Assembly: GCA_964035545.1 (NCBI GenBank)
Contig: OZ037767.1
Location: 21,902,628-21,966,627 of the forward strand
Source of the DNA: Bugula neritina
Lineage: Eukaryota > Animalia > Bryozoa
Length of the DNA stretch: 64,000 bases
Reading direction: 5' to 3'
How positions within the stretch are numbered: the first letter of the stretch is position 1; each line of letters opens with the position of its first letter. Of the stretch, positions 28,599 through 43,129 are shown one piece after another. The notes below the pieces were generated by a model. It was given only the letters and a program-made list of their open reading frames with translations, was not told the origin of the DNA and ran no database searches. A program made the position numbers and the translations under genes.

Positions 28599-28967
28599 TT
28601 GCTGAGTGTAATTTTATTCAAAGGCAATTGGCAGCCAAGCCTTGATATGACGTTCACTGTAGAAAGGGAAACCGGATGCAAATTTAAATTGTTGACTACG
28701 CTATTGTATGTAGCCACGGTGTTGGAGTGTAACTTTTTTACGCACTGTTACTTGAAAGCCCATTCAATCTTTTGTTCAGGCACCCTTTTATTAGAAAATC
28801 CTCTATGCATTGAGAACTGTATATAAAGAAACAGCATACTGTGTAATTGTTCTCTAAAGAAGCAAGCAGTTACATACTGTAGTGTTTTGATTATTCATGC
28901 ATCCTAAAACATATTCCTATAGGCCAGTTTCATTAACTTGATTGTTAATTTACATCTCGCTACCTGC

Positions 28968-29525
<558 letters not shown>

Positions 29526-30659
29526 TATACGAGAAACATTGTTGATTTATTACTTTACTAGGCAAAGTAATTATACTGATATTTCGGGTACCACTGTACC
29601 CATCTTCAGAGTAGCAATGAATGAAATTCAAAAATTATTACGTTACGTTAGACGTTATGCATGACACAAAGAATAGAGAGTGGCAGTTATTGTAAATTAT
29701 TGAAACTGAGGGAGATAATCTTGTTTTATATATTACGCAAGTCAAAAATTATACTGATTTTTTTGCATAAAAAATAAATTAGAGTTGACAAAAAAAAGAA
29801 ATTCAAATATAAAAACAGCAAGGATTAGTGAAACTATGTGAGATTTGAGTAGTGTGGAAATATTGGTATAGTTTTAGTCCATACCACTGGGCAGCACGAT
29901 TTGAATAATTTCCTGGATTTTGGGGCGTTGGCCGAAATAGGATTCACAAAAGAACAAACATAGTAATTAAGGCATTCGCATAAATAAAACAATTGAAGCA
30001 TTCATGTAAATAAAGCAATTAAGGCATTCACACAAGTAAAAACAACTAAAACATGAATAGATTCCCAAATCTATCACACAGGGGAAGTAGCTCTGAGTTT
30101 AATTTGTTTAATTTTTGAAATTTTAAAAAGGTTCTGTTTGTTAGAATAAACTAGAAATTGGTGTGCATTATTAGGATAATATTACCATTTTGACATTTAG
30201 CAGCCTCTGTTGTCAATGCTTCAGGTTTTTATTTCAGCTTAGTGTGTCATCGCAGCTACCAATAACATACAATGAAAGTCCTTTTTCATTAGTATCAGTT
30301 TTATTGTACTCTGAGCTAGAACATCAGATCAACATGAGCATAGAAGTCCCAACTTAATTCAGGGCATGTTTGTAAAAAGATACTTATAATGTTCACATTT
30401 GTCAAGCAAGATATATAGGAATAGTTTATTACTACATTGAAAACTTGTTTCAATGATGACACAAAGATTTTATAAAACTTTAACAAAAACTCAGCAAATG
30501 TGTTGTAAATCTGCCTGTCGGAGCATATATTATCAATTCCAAAACTATGTTCAAATTCACTAAATATTTGAAGTGTGAAAGTGTAGTGAAGCTAGACTGG
30601 GTTATATAATCATGTAGTATACTATCAGTATATACTTATTATACTATTATGTTACATAG

Positions 30660-30815
30660 GTAGCATGGTGTTGATGGGCACTACAGACTGTGTCTACTAT
30701 AAGCTCATTGAAGAGCTGTACAAATTAGATTATCGAAATGATGACTGGTACTTCAATGCCCTCTTAGATCAGTATTCAGGAATAGCAGCCATAGCTGATG
30801 AGGGAGTACATCAAG
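30660..30815 (+). pseudogene. GT32 paralog exon 6 (inverted relative to the other exons)
   Basis: SMVLMGTTDCVYYKLIEELYKLDYRNDDWYFNA-LLDQYSGIAAIADEGVHQ, AG/GT flanks; 21-nt deletion relative to 11875-12051. Confidence 0.85.
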
Positions 30816-31706
30816 GTAAGCCACACACACTGCAGTGAGTGGGTGTAACAATTCTTGTAAGTTGCGGGTGAGCCTAAATTGTCAAGTTGCAAATGGGCCT
30901 TTACAGTTTACACATACCCTAATGTATGTGTTGACGCAACTGCAGTTGTTAAACTTTTCCTAAGTTTTTCTTTCTGAATTTTCAAGGAAAGATTTTTTCT
31001 TCTAAAACTCTACTTTTTACACTGCTTACATTTCACAATAACAATAATGCAGTGTACTTGACTACTTCATCCACTGTACCCTAAATATTTTACTATATAA
31101 TGTTGTATACTACACACTGTCCGGTGCTTTGGTTTGCACCACAAAGTGTAATATATGTAGGTACTCTGTTATACACGTTGTATACTACACTGTGCTATAT
31201 ACAACAGACTGCACCATACTCTGCTATACACTACACGCTATATTACGCTGTGCTACATACACTGTATACTATACTCTGCTATATATACTAAACACTGTAC
31301 TACCTTTTTCCAACACTATGCACTATGAATTATACTCCGTTATATACAACACTCTGTAACATGTTCTGCCATATACTATACACTGTATTATACTCTGTAA
31401 TTTGTTTGACATTCTACTATATACACTGCTACATTCAACACACAGTGCATGCTATCCTCTGCTATATGCTATGCACTATACTTGATTCTGCTATACACTA
31501 CACAGCAGACTATAATCTGCTATATACTATTTATATTATTTATATTCATTTAATTTATTATTATTTATATTTATTTATATTATTTATATTTATATATTTA
31601 TTTATTTATATTTATTTATATTATTTAAATTTATTGCTATATAGTATATACTATTAAATTCAAATGAGCTGTTATATATATATATATTGGTGACAGGCCA
31701 ATACAA

Positions 31707-31858
<152 letters not shown>

Positions 31859-32396
31859 ATTGGCCTGTCACCAATCGTTGAAGCTTTCTTGCTTTATTAA
31901 TAATGTACATTCATGAAAGCTATTCTTAGCTGGCAGTGCTGTTGCTATAGTTTTATAGTTTACCGTCCTTAGCACAGCCCAGGCAGTGTGTTCTAATCAA
32001 ACAGCCGCAGAGGAGCGTTTATTGATTTCCCTCTTTCAACAGACAGCTCACTACATTTGCTATAACATTATATGAGCACACAGTTTACACTCCAACATTT
32101 ACACTCTGAATATACCACCGGTTTTGTTATTGGGATGACAAAGAATCTTATCTGTGCATCAATATTTTAAGTTTCAGTTGGATTACAATAGCTAATGTCA
32201 TTTTGTTCGGATCTGTGCTGGTTTCATGTTGTTTCTCTGACTTTTGATTTATATCGTTACTTATAGCAGTTTATAAAATTTCTATAATGGGTTGTTTTTC
32301 AGCAATAAAAAGGCAGTGAAATGTAGCATGGTAAAGATTATATTAAAATATCAGTTCTTACTATATAGAAACAAAATGCAGTTTGATATGGAAAAC

Positions 32397-33851
32397 TGAG
32401 GATTTGGAGACAACACAGTGGTACTTTCTTAGCCCTGCAAGCTCATTTACTACAAGGCAATCATTGTCTAGGTATATTCCTCCATACTCTCTCACAACCT
32501 GCAATAGAGACATTTAGCTTTTTGTTCCACTGCTAAAGAACAAATTTTTATAATGAACATAACTCTGTTCTAACCACAAAATAGTACTATGTATGAAATA
32601 TTTAAATATTATTTACTTCTGACAGCATGCTAGCATTCTGTAAGTATAATCTCAAAGACAGATATAATATTCAGTGGTTACTTTACATGCAATATAAAGT
32701 TTAAATACAATCATCACCTGTATTCTAGCTAGACCAGATGTATGCTGTATCCATCCAATGATTTTCCAAATATTGTGGCAGGTGGCTCTCTTTCTACTAT
32801 CACAATCTTACAATAATCGCATCATAATATTGCTTTTGTTAACAACTGAGTGTAATTTATGCTACTGAATATGAACATCTTGTTTGAGAATGACGTTGGA
32901 GATGTATAAACAGTTATATGGTTGCGTTACTGACAAACCAAACTAAATAATTTTGAAGCAGGAAAATTAGCCAAAAAGCATGACTACTAGGCTTAGCACT
33001 ATTCTGGTTTTTTAGGCAATACATAATTCAGTAATTGTTATGTAATTTGCATAAGTGATATCAACCTTTGATCTGTCTTTATTTCATTCCAGTACATTCC
33101 TGTTGGTGGAGAATTTGTGTGAATATATACTTTTTCAGCTTTGCCTTTTTCTATATCTGACATTATCCCCAGCATTTCATAAAACATTATTTTAGGCTGG
33201 CTGAATCTGCAATTCAAAGAGAATACAACAGATAACAGTGTCAATACAACTAAATCGAAATACAGAAATGTGTTTTCAAATATATGAATACAGCAAATAA
33301 CAATTTGCTACTGCCAATATATTTGTCTCCCAGAAGAATAATTACATAGCATATAGTTTTAACTTTATGTAGCAGTCAAAGTTTATTTTAATGACATTGC
33401 TCTATATAAAAATTTTAAAGTATGTGCCCGATGTTGGGGCACAACTTAGAGTATCAAGAAAAATTGCGATGAGTTTATTATTCGCTTGCATTCAAAAACT
33501 ATGCTTCAAAGTAATATTTAAAGCTTATCTTATATAATGCTTGGCTACAACTTCATTGTTCACTACTGGGTGTCATGTGCTGAAGGACCCTACTAATTGA
33601 ACAAGAAAAACATATTACATAAAAAACTTCAAAAATTAATCTATAACTACAAGAAAAAAGGTGGTTAGTATTATATAATGCATATATTTACTAATCACAT
33701 AATGCATAGTACTTAGTTATAAAATTTGTATTTCATAGGTCACCTTATAAAGTGGTATATATTTGGTATTATTGGATGTTCTGTAGCTATATAAGATCAT
33801 TGATAATTGACCCATTGGCTTTAACTTCTGTGTTGGCACTGGGTCTACAAG
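32397..33851 (-). pseudogene. GT32 paralog exons 2-5 (truncated pseudogene)
   Basis: Exon 2 33851-33744 (deleted and frameshifted), exon 3 ~33206-33066, exon 4 ~32807-32717, exon 5 from ~32498 (VVREYGGIYLDND) breaking off at ~32397. Confidence 0.85.
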
Positions 33852-34345
33852 CTACAACATGCCATCACAGCTCACAATAAACTCATGGTAATAATAAGAC
33901 TACATTGTCATATAATAATAGGTTAAAATATTGAATCAAAATAACTAGCAAAAACCGATCATATAAAATAGCTCTCTATATACAACAAGTGGTCAAAAAA
34001 AAACATTTCTTATGGAAGTCAAAACTAGAAGACGTTGCTCAAAGAACAAATTGCCAGTAGAATTGGTCACCCCATGTTAGAGGTTATGATAGGCCACATT
34101 GTACTTTATTGAAGAATTGAGGCTTTTTATCAGCCACTATGAATCATGGGTTAGAAATCATATCTGTTTTTGTTGTTGTACAAGTGCCAAAAATAGATTT
34201 TTTTTTTTAAAAAGGAGTATTTAATCATAAACTTATTTAGTCTAGTGGGTTAGCAAGATGTAATTATCACAAGGAAACACAAGTATTTTGAAATAGCATC
34301 TTGCATGTATATAACTTAATTGAAATATCAGACAATTTGCTGTGC

Positions 34346-34534
<189 letters not shown>

Positions 34535-34960
34535 TGTTATTATTATATTCACCTTTTCTTCCATCTCTTTTTTTGCAGTTGTTACATGCCTCAATTTTTT
34601 TCCACTTTGATGCATTCATCAGTGGGACTAATAAGAAAAGATGATTTAAAGTAAGTCAGTAGTACTGTGGTGTTGATAATTTCCAAGCAGCTCAAGGTTG
34701 TGAGAAACTTGCAATTTGAAGGCATGGCTGATGAGATCTGTAACAATAAGATTTATAACCAGAAGTTTGTGGAATTGTAGCCAAGCCTTACATTATATAT
34801 AGCCTTGAAATATAGAAATGTATCATAATTAAAATAGTCCTCGCTAAGTATTACTACATAATACTACATGTATTGAAAATATTTAGTAACAAGTTATGTT
34901 ATCATAACAAAACAATTTGACCATAGCAGCTAAGTTATGCACAAGTTTCGAAAGTGTTCA

Positions 34961-35089
34961 ACATTTAAAACTAGTTTTAGGTTTGTAAAGCATCCATGCT
35001 TTACAAACCTAAAATTAGTTTTAAATGTCTCCACTCCAGGTAAAAATAAGATCGCCATGGCAATCTTATTTTTACCTGGAGTGGAGACA
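34961..35089. repeat. Two back-to-back near-perfect palindromes
   Basis: 34961-35028 (33-bp arms, 1 mismatch) and 35026-35089 (32-bp arms, 1 mismatch). Confidence 0.9.
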
Positions 35090-36499
35090 ACTCCAGTATT
35101 ACAAAAGCAGCCAAGTTCTCTTTAATGCGTTGTCCGCTAGTCTTGTATCATGAATGAACTAGTATTACATGGCAGCTGGGCAGTGATGAGCACTTGAACT
35201 GGTACATAACTCTGGTTAATGTTTGAGCACTTCATCCAACTTTTTATTGTGAGCGTTACTGAACTACCAATAATAAGATCATTCACTTCAACATAATTAG
35301 GAAAAATATGAATAACTAGTAAATACTGCATCAATATTGCATGACTAGAATACATCAATGATGTGGTAAGGAAACACTGCAGTTTTATGCTAAAGTTTTT
35401 CTGATTGAGATGATATACTGAAGCAATGTAAACTTGATAATGTTCATAATTGAAATGTAGTCTTATATGAAGATATTTAGTTGATGACATTATAGGGCAT
35501 GCAGCCAAAGTACTGAATTACAATGCAGCATATTCTCCATTTAGATTGACAACAATATGATTTTTATGCGTTTTTCTTCAAAGGTCCATAATAAATCCTT
35601 TATCGGTCACCACCTATTCTTTAGTTCAAACATTTCTACTTGTGAATTTTCTCAAACTGGCTATAGCATAATTACCATAGCCTACAATGTAGGTGCAGTT
35701 GTTGCCTGAGGCACAAAAATGTGTGTTTTAAAGTAGTTTATAGATGCCAAATTATAAACAAAATGGATCTTTAGCTGAATGAAAATTGAACGATTATTAT
35801 ATCCCCATGTATGCTTGTTTTGTCTTAAATGTTTATTATAGTTGTTCTGTTTTAGTATTTACAAAATCATGAGATATACACCATTTATTGGCAACAAAAT
35901 CAGCAAATGATGCAGAACCTCTCAAGATCGAGAAGGAGCTGTGCTATAAACCAATAAGAATTTACCTTTTGACCCAAAACTGAATAGAGGGCAATCAACG
36001 CATGGGCAGCAGCAGGAGTGTGCTGCCGGCTACCAATTTCTTGACCAGACTATTGATAAGCTAAAGGAAGTTTATGACAATAAATCATGCTTACAATTTA
36101 AGAGCAGATGTAGACATGCTCCAAATTAGCAGAAGAAAGGGCAGCAGAGGAATAGTGTCAATTGATGAATAAGTAATGAAGGCATGTTAATAAGAAAAAG
36201 TATTGATGGAGATACCACGCAGAATAACTTCCTAAAGGAATTATAAGTCTAGTAGAGCTTAGTAAAGGTTGTGTGATAGAAAGAACTGATAGGTAAAAAT
36301 GCAATACATACAATACATCAAAAGGGTGGAATATGTGAAAATATGCTCATGGAATGGGTAAAATCTGGTTAGTTGAACAAACAAAGGGAAGCACTGCTGT
36401 TGGCTGCAAAAAGAATGGAACTTGCAAAATAGCTACAATGAAAAAAACATGGGGCAAGAAGTGTCTGTTGTGTAGTGCAAAATAAAAGCCAAGGTAAGT

Positions 36500-36675
36500 G
36501 CAGTAATAGAGAAATTGAGAAAAGCCTGTCTTCTAAATTAAAAATGTAACAAAAGAAGTTATGTTCTCGCAAGAATTTCAACCTGAGCCCCAAACCAAAA
36601 TTTAACTATAAAATTGAATTTAAAAATAAAATATTAAAATTAGGCTATCTCAATTTCTCCACTACTGTTCCTAAG
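36500..36675. repeat. Dispersed repeat, inverted copy at ~51005-51170
   Basis: gtgcagtaat..gagaaaagcctgt..ttaggctatctcaattt.ccactactg matches the reverse complement of ~51005-51170. Confidence 0.75.
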
Positions 36676-37243
36676 GGGATAAAACTGTGATGCATATACA
36701 GTATACTAAGTGACTGTGAGAAAATAGCAAAAAGAAAGTAATAACATAAAAATTAAAAAATCAAGCCCACGTGACATTGATAACTCACAAGGAGATGAAT
36801 GGGAGTAACTGGTCTCGAAGGATCGCAAGAATTCGTTCAACCATTGTGCAAAATCAGTACTGGAAAATTACAATGTATTAAAATGGTGTAGGATTTCAAT
36901 GTGCACACCAGTAGAGTCATATAAGCAAGAGGCCTGATATAGTGGTAGTTGGTAAGCATAATTTTGCATTACGCGCTGATCAACTACCACTATATCAGCT
37001 AAGGCTGAAACAATGATCATCCCTATCGTAATTTCCTTGGCAACTACAGGGTAAAAGAGACAGAATCAAAGAAGATTGGAAAATATTAGACCTTAGCACT
37101 AGTGACAACTCACCTTTGGAAAGCATCAACAAAAGTCATCATCATTGCAATTGAGGTCTTAATTGGAGCTACCACATACAAGACTATATTCTGCTATATA
37201 CTACAAACTGTACTCCAATATGCTTTACTATATATGCTAAACA

Positions 37244-37445
37244 GGGAGCAGCCGTGGTCTAGGGGTTAGAGTGTTTGCTTAGTAAGCACGAGTCATGGGT
37301 TCGAGCCCCAACAAAGGCCATTGGTGGTGCTAGGAAGAGCATTCAGTCGTAATTGCTCCTGTGTCTCATATGAATAAGCCCTTAGCTTGAATTCACAAAA
37401 GCCCCTTCCATCAGGGGTATCTCACAGAGATGATAACTATAAACT
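37244..37445 (+). mobile_element. tRNA-derived SINE family, copy 1
   Basis: Head GGGAGCAGCCGTGGTCTAGGGGTTAG...GGGTTCGAGCCC (A/B boxes), body AGGAAGAGCATTCAGTCGTAATTGCTCC shared with 55538 and 61504. Confidence 0.85.
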
Positions 37446-37887
37446 TGCGTGAGTTTAACTATGCTAAACAATTTACCATATTATATTAAAAATTATAAAC
37501 TTGAAAGATATTTTATATGCACTGTATTTCTATTGCTTAGAGTGGATATATTATATGGCTGGTGTATATTATATGAATTTTTGGTTGCAGTTTGCAACAA
37601 CTTATGCTTGTGGTTTCATTCTATGCAACTGTTCCTGATTGAAGCATGGAAACAGTGATAATGAAGTTAAATTTTATAAATTTTCACTCTTTTAAAATAT
37701 CACTTTAGGTGCTTACACACTAGTATAACATGGCAAAGCACAATATAGGGCTAAACAGTATGATGAGTCTTTTGTAATACATGAAGAATGTTCTATTATA
37801 ACCAAATATTGGCACTTGCTTATTATAATCATTTTGTACGATGTTATACAAGATATTTATGTTTCTAGGTTGTGACTGTGAGCAATA

Positions 37888-38073
37888 AATCAAAGTGTAG
37901 AAGAAACCACCAAAGGTGGAATATTCTGCATCTGTTCTATAATCACAAAGGCTACACATGCAATGACACAATCAACTGCAACTACACAAATAAATTATAA
38001 AGACCATCTATAATAAACTGCAAGTCTTATCAGGTGGCTGTGTTACAACAATGAACAACTTTTGGCTAAATAA
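37888..38073 (+). pseudogene. Degenerate GT32 terminal exon (paralog of 11236-11444)
   Basis: NQSVEET..WNILHLFYNHKGY..NDTIN..IRWLCYNNEQLLAK* aligns with NHSVADT..WNFLHVLYRHKHY..NDTID..ARWIYYDHEDPFAE*, with frameshifts. Confidence 0.7.
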
Positions 38074-38304
38074 CATAACAGTATGTTTGTATATTCCAAT
38101 GTAGTTATTAATATTTTTGTTCAAAGTAAACAAGTGATGCATAGTATGTTGTGTATTTTGTGTACTATACTATGTTGACACCTTGTAAATTGCAATAAAT
38201 CATTAAAAATTCTATAAACTGCTTATGGTATACGTAGTCGGTACCTACAATAATATAAATTATAATCATAGGGGAGGTGATATGGCCCATATTTTATTTA
38301 AGCA

Positions 38305-38528
38305 CAATGGGGTGGGCAACTGCGAGCCCTAGGGCCACCTGTGGCCCTTTGCCCATTTTAATGCTTATAAGAAAAGTAAAAACTGTTCTGCGCTTTCTGA
38401 TTAGCCCAGTATAGGTTTAGTGAAAAATTACTCTATTATAATAAAATTTAATGTGTGCAATTATGTGGCCCTTCATTTTGGCTGATTTCTGAACTTGATC
38501 CCCATGCAAAAGAAATTGCCCACCCCTA
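38305..38528. mobile_element. Small hAT-type MITE relic
   Basis: Inverted ends GGGGTGGGCAA ... TTGCCCACCCC with internal GGCCC motifs. Confidence 0.6.
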
Positions 38529-39763
38529 CTCTCTATACACTGTAGGCTACAGCAAATAATGTCATTTGATGGGGTAGAAACTGTACTTGGAGTACAAGAT
38601 TTTTGTTCTTTTGCCTTAATAATGTGTGGTGCGTATAGTTAAAGTTATGACTCTTCATTAACTGGTTACCATGCTCAAGCAAAAAGTAAAGGTAAATAAA
38701 CACTGAACTAGAAAAGACATTATTTTGAGGTCATTGTAAATAAATAGCTGCTCAAGATTAACTTTATCGGCCAGAATAGTTCTACAAGCAGCTCCGAGTT
38801 GAGGGTGATCGAGCAATAGTTTGTAATTATCAAGTCTGAAGTTGGGGTTTATTGTAATCACCTACTCCAAATTTGAAAACCGCGAACTGCTACTTTCAGT
38901 CACTCCCGACTCGGAACTGCTTATCAGTGTGGTATAGTTAAGAGTGTTGACTTTAAACCATGAAAAATCATTATGTCGCTAATGGTACCGCAAGTTTATA
39001 TAAGTTATAAAGGAAAAATTTTGCCACTTTTGTGATTTTATTATTTTTTTTATATTATGTGTCCATTTTTTTAGTTTTGTTTATTGGTAAAGTTTTTAAA
39101 CATATTTTCAACACATATAAAATTTAAAAAAATATTAAAACCTAATCATGCACGTAAATACAAAGCTATAAAGTTTAAGCTTCGCTGTGATTACACTGTG
39201 AATATTGTGGTAAATATTAAGAGTTATCCCCCTTGACACTTTACTTATGGCTATTTTTCTAAATACTGTAATCATAGCTAATTATGTAGCGTAACTTTCT
39301 AATATGTTAAACACTATGGCTAATGTTGAGCTTTTAACATAGTAAATAGTTAATCCCCTTTCCCCCAATTACAAGTTACAATACGCATACACTTGGTTGG
39401 GTTCATTTTTGTTGATTCATGTAAACCGACAGTTGGACCGATTTCGGCAGGTGGATGCAGGCAGACCGAATGTCAGTTACCGATATTTCCAGTGTCAGTT
39501 ACCGACATGACGAATGTCGGTATCCCCTGCCGAACATCGGCCCGCTGTCGGTGGAAGGTTCTAGAGGTCCTTTGTTCTACCAGTATAAAAGGACACGCAT
39601 TTTAGAGCTTCAGTCACTTGCGGACTGGAGCTCACACTGGACACTTCTCACTGCTACAATAAAGTACTGCAAGCACACGGCAACCTCTCTCTCTTGTCTC
39701 TTCTATAACAAGGAGTTATGTTCTCTGCCTGATTTCATTCTATCACCCACAAAACTACTACAT

Positions 39764-39781
39764 TGGTGGCAGCGGTGGGAT
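39764..39781 (+). promoter_or_regulatory. Primer binding site, 18/18 match to tRNA-Leu 3' end
   Basis: TGGTGGCAGCGGTGGGAT. Confidence 0.9.
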
Positions 39782-40686
39782 CAGAATAGTCAGGCAGCCC
39801 TTGGGGGAGACAAGGAGCTAGCCAAATGTCAAGGACACCAGAAGATGGAGGAGAGGCTCTCACCCTGGAGAGCCTAGTAACTGCCCTCCGGGCAATCGGC
39901 CTGGCTAACCCGGCACCACCTCTCGACAGGTATCGCCTTCAGCCGCCGATTTTCGGACGGGACTGCGACGGGGAGCAGTTTATCAAAGAATTTGAAGATG
40001 TTGCTACCATCGCCGCGTGGCCGGCACCGATACGTCTTCTACAGCTGCGGTCATGTCTGACTGGACCAGCTAAGAACTACGCTGTCGGGGAGAGTGTTGG
40101 GCAGATCTATCAGGCACTCCGGACACGGTTCGGTCTGACTGCTAGAGAAGCCCGAACCAAACTCTAGAACATGAAGAGGGACAGAAGGACCTCGCTTCAA
40201 GACCATGCTAACGCCATTGAAAAACTGGCATTGATAGCATACAGCCAAAACCGCTCTGGATGAGCGGCGGGAGCTAGTCTACTAGGCCTTCTTCAGTACT
40301 GTCAACGACAGCGCTCTACAGAAGCACTACCTGGCCGCCAAGATTTCCACGATCGAGGAAGCTCTAGCAATGGGCCGGTCCTACTATCAGGTAGACAACC
40401 CCCATAGAGCCGACTTCTCAGCAAGTCAAGTGGAAGAGGCGGCCAGAGAAGAAGAAGCCACAGTCGCCACTGTTGCTGACCCTGCACCCTCTTCCTCGCA
40501 GATTACCATGTTGGTAGACATGGTGAAAGGCCTGCAACTGGAAGTAGCGAGACTGCAACAGCAACAGGGAGGCAGGAGGACGACCAATATTCGGACTAAC
40601 CCAACCAGGCCGAACCAACCCACATGCTGGGGGTGTGGGGCCTTGGGTCACGTCCAGCGGCGTTGTCCCCAAAAGGGGAAACTACC

Positions 40687-40730
40687 TTTAAACGCCAGAG
40701 GCTCACGGTAGATTCCGCCAACCGTGAGCC
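40687..40730 (+). promoter_or_regulatory. -1 ribosomal frameshift signal (gag-pol)
   Basis: T TTA AAC in the gag frame, 6-nt spacer, 10-bp stem GGCTCACGGT/ACCGTGAGCC; the -1 frame is open (40624-41130). Confidence 0.82.
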
Positions 40731-43129
40731 CAGGTCAAACCTCCCACTCAAGGGTACACCAGACGCATCCGGAGGGACGATGGACAGAGCGGCCAACCTC
40801 GGACGGCCTAGTCCTTGGAAAAGGGGGCCTAGGGGCCCACCTAAACCTCCAGCCATGCCAAGAAGTACCCGGAGGGAACCAGGTGACACGGGGTGGCAGG
40901 CACCCTGGAGACCTCGGAGACCGCAAGGTTTTCCTGAACCTCCTGCCTGGCTACTCCACAACCGGTTCGCGGGGTTAACCCACGAGGTCATAGAAGAAGA
41001 TCCAGCTTACTCGCAAGAGTTCCCCAAGCTACCTTCTAGACCTCTAAAAACCCCCCGCTGTCGCGAAGACAAGGAGGCGACCCCACGTGGTAACCCAGGA
41101 GGTGTCACCCACAGAGGCCGACCAGCCTAAGAGTGTCCAGCCATATGGAAGCAGCTACTTCCTACTCGGGAAGATTGCGGGGAAAGCTGCCACCTTCCTG
41201 CTGGACACCGGTTGTACTACCAACCTGCTGGGTCGGCGCCTGTTTGACACCCTTGGGGCCCACGTGAGGGCCAGTCTCGAGCCGTATGAGGGGGCGCATG
41301 GTACGTTGGCGGACGGATCATGCATTCCCTTCTACGGCGTCCTTACACTGCATGGACGGGTCCGTGATCAGGCGATCCACGAGACCTTTATTGTCAGCCA
41401 TCTGAAGGAGGACGCAATTCTGGGCATGCCGTTTCTGGAGAAACACCAGTGTCGCATAGACTTCCAGAATTCTGCGTTGGTGATGGCTGGCAAGGAACTT
41501 GTCTGCGTCGACAAGTTCGGTAGGCCCTTGGTAAGTGGGGTCCAAGTAGTGCACAACTGCACTGTACCTGGACGGTCTCAGGCTACCCTACGCTGCAAGG
41601 TCAACTGCAAGAGGGTAGCTGGACTGGGACTGGTGGAAGGAATGCCAGGAGGGATCCAGTTGACAAACAGCCTAAATCGGCTAGACTGACAGGGAGAACT
41701 CCTCGTACAGTGCATCAACCCTTTCACCGAGCCGATCAAGCTATCGGCAGGCGCCCTGGTAGGGAAGTACCACTCCATCCAGGAATTGGATGTGGGGCCA
41801 GCACTGGAGACAGTGACCGACGCGAGCAGCAGTGGCAGACGAGGACGGAAGACTCCGAGGAGCCCCCACTATACCAAGTAGGAGACTGGGTATGGATGGT
41901 GAGCCACCGCAGGCGGCGCGGACAGTCGGCTAAACTTCAGCCCAAGTTCGTGGGGGCCTACTGCATCATAGAGGTTCTACCGAACCACACATACCGTGTG
42001 GAACACTCAGGGCAGGTCTCAGTCCAAAACGAGCAGCGGTTGAAACCCTATGAGGGCAGCCCAGACGCTGCGGGGCGGGCATCTCCCCTACTCGAGCCGG
42101 CTCGCCAGCCCATCTCCAGAGGACGGGTGACTCGGCCCAGAGAGTGGGAGATTGTAGTCCAAGACCCAGTGGAACCGGACCGGACACCAGAACCTCCTCC
42201 TCCACCTGGTCCACCAGTTGCACCGGCCCCAGCGCCGGCCCCGGTGCCAGGAGGTGCACCTCACGCTGAAGGAAGTGACCCAGGGACCGCTGCCCCTATC
42301 ACACTTCCACCCCAGCCTGAGGCACCTGTGGAGTTGGAGAGACCCGTGAATCTAACCCCAATGGAACCTAATTCGCCTAGCACAGGCATAGACTTCCATC
42401 TCTGTGGGCCTAGATACCCTGCTCGTGATACTGAAATTGAGTTCACGTACCCAAGATCGGCAGATACTGACCCCTCACTAGGTCCTGACAACAATCAGGA
42501 TGAAACAGACGATGACATGGTTCTCCCGCAGCCAGCGTCGTCATACAACCACATGGATACTGGAGTAGACGAAGCGATTCAACCCGACTTCCCTTTTATC
42601 CGGAACCCTGGCTCGGCTCCAGTCGGCCCGACGGGTTCCCCCTCTCTGGCCCAGTCTGCCCCCACTGCTCTAGAGGAGCTTCCTTTACCTGTAGAAGCTC
42701 AACTCCCTGCGGAAGAAGCGCAAGTGACTCGGGGCAGTTGGGCTGTCTGGATAGACCTCGACGGACCAGGACGGAGAACACTGACGCTACCAAACGTACT
42801 GACGGGTCGTGCTGGCCACAATAGACGACAGTAGCCAGAACCTGCCCATGGCTAAGAAGAGACCTCGACCTATCCACCACCACCTCTCACTCATCATCCA
42901 CTTACTGCGCTCTACCCCCCCACTCGCAACCAGCCTACCTGTCCCTGCCCACACGAAGGAGATATCTGGAGACTCAAGAGACCTCTTCGAAGGAGACATT
43001 CAGGCTTTGCTAAGGAGTGATAGATGAGACTTTATATTACTTTTATTAGTGTGTTATAAGTATTACTACAAATATGTGTGTGAACAATAGTGTGCATTGC
43101 AGTATCAAAGTTTTTTTTGGATTTTACTA

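Larger units (their letters stand above)
39206..43070 (+). mobile_element. Gypsy/Ty3 element 3, internally deleted (5' LTR, gag, protease, post-integrase tail; no RT/RH/IN core, no 3' LTR)
   Basis: 5' LTR 39206-39762 (TGT...ACA, TATAAAA ~39585, AATAAA ~39658) preceded by ATAT; PBS 39764-39781; gag from 39826 with CCHC knuckle CWGCGALGHVQRRC; protease LLDTGC; junction at ~41822 jumps to the integrase C-terminus. Confidence 0.92.

Noticed and set aside
37244-37320. Functional tRNA genes (also 12269, 55538, 61504)
   Set aside because: Broken stems, divergent copies and a shared non-tRNA body indicate SINE heads
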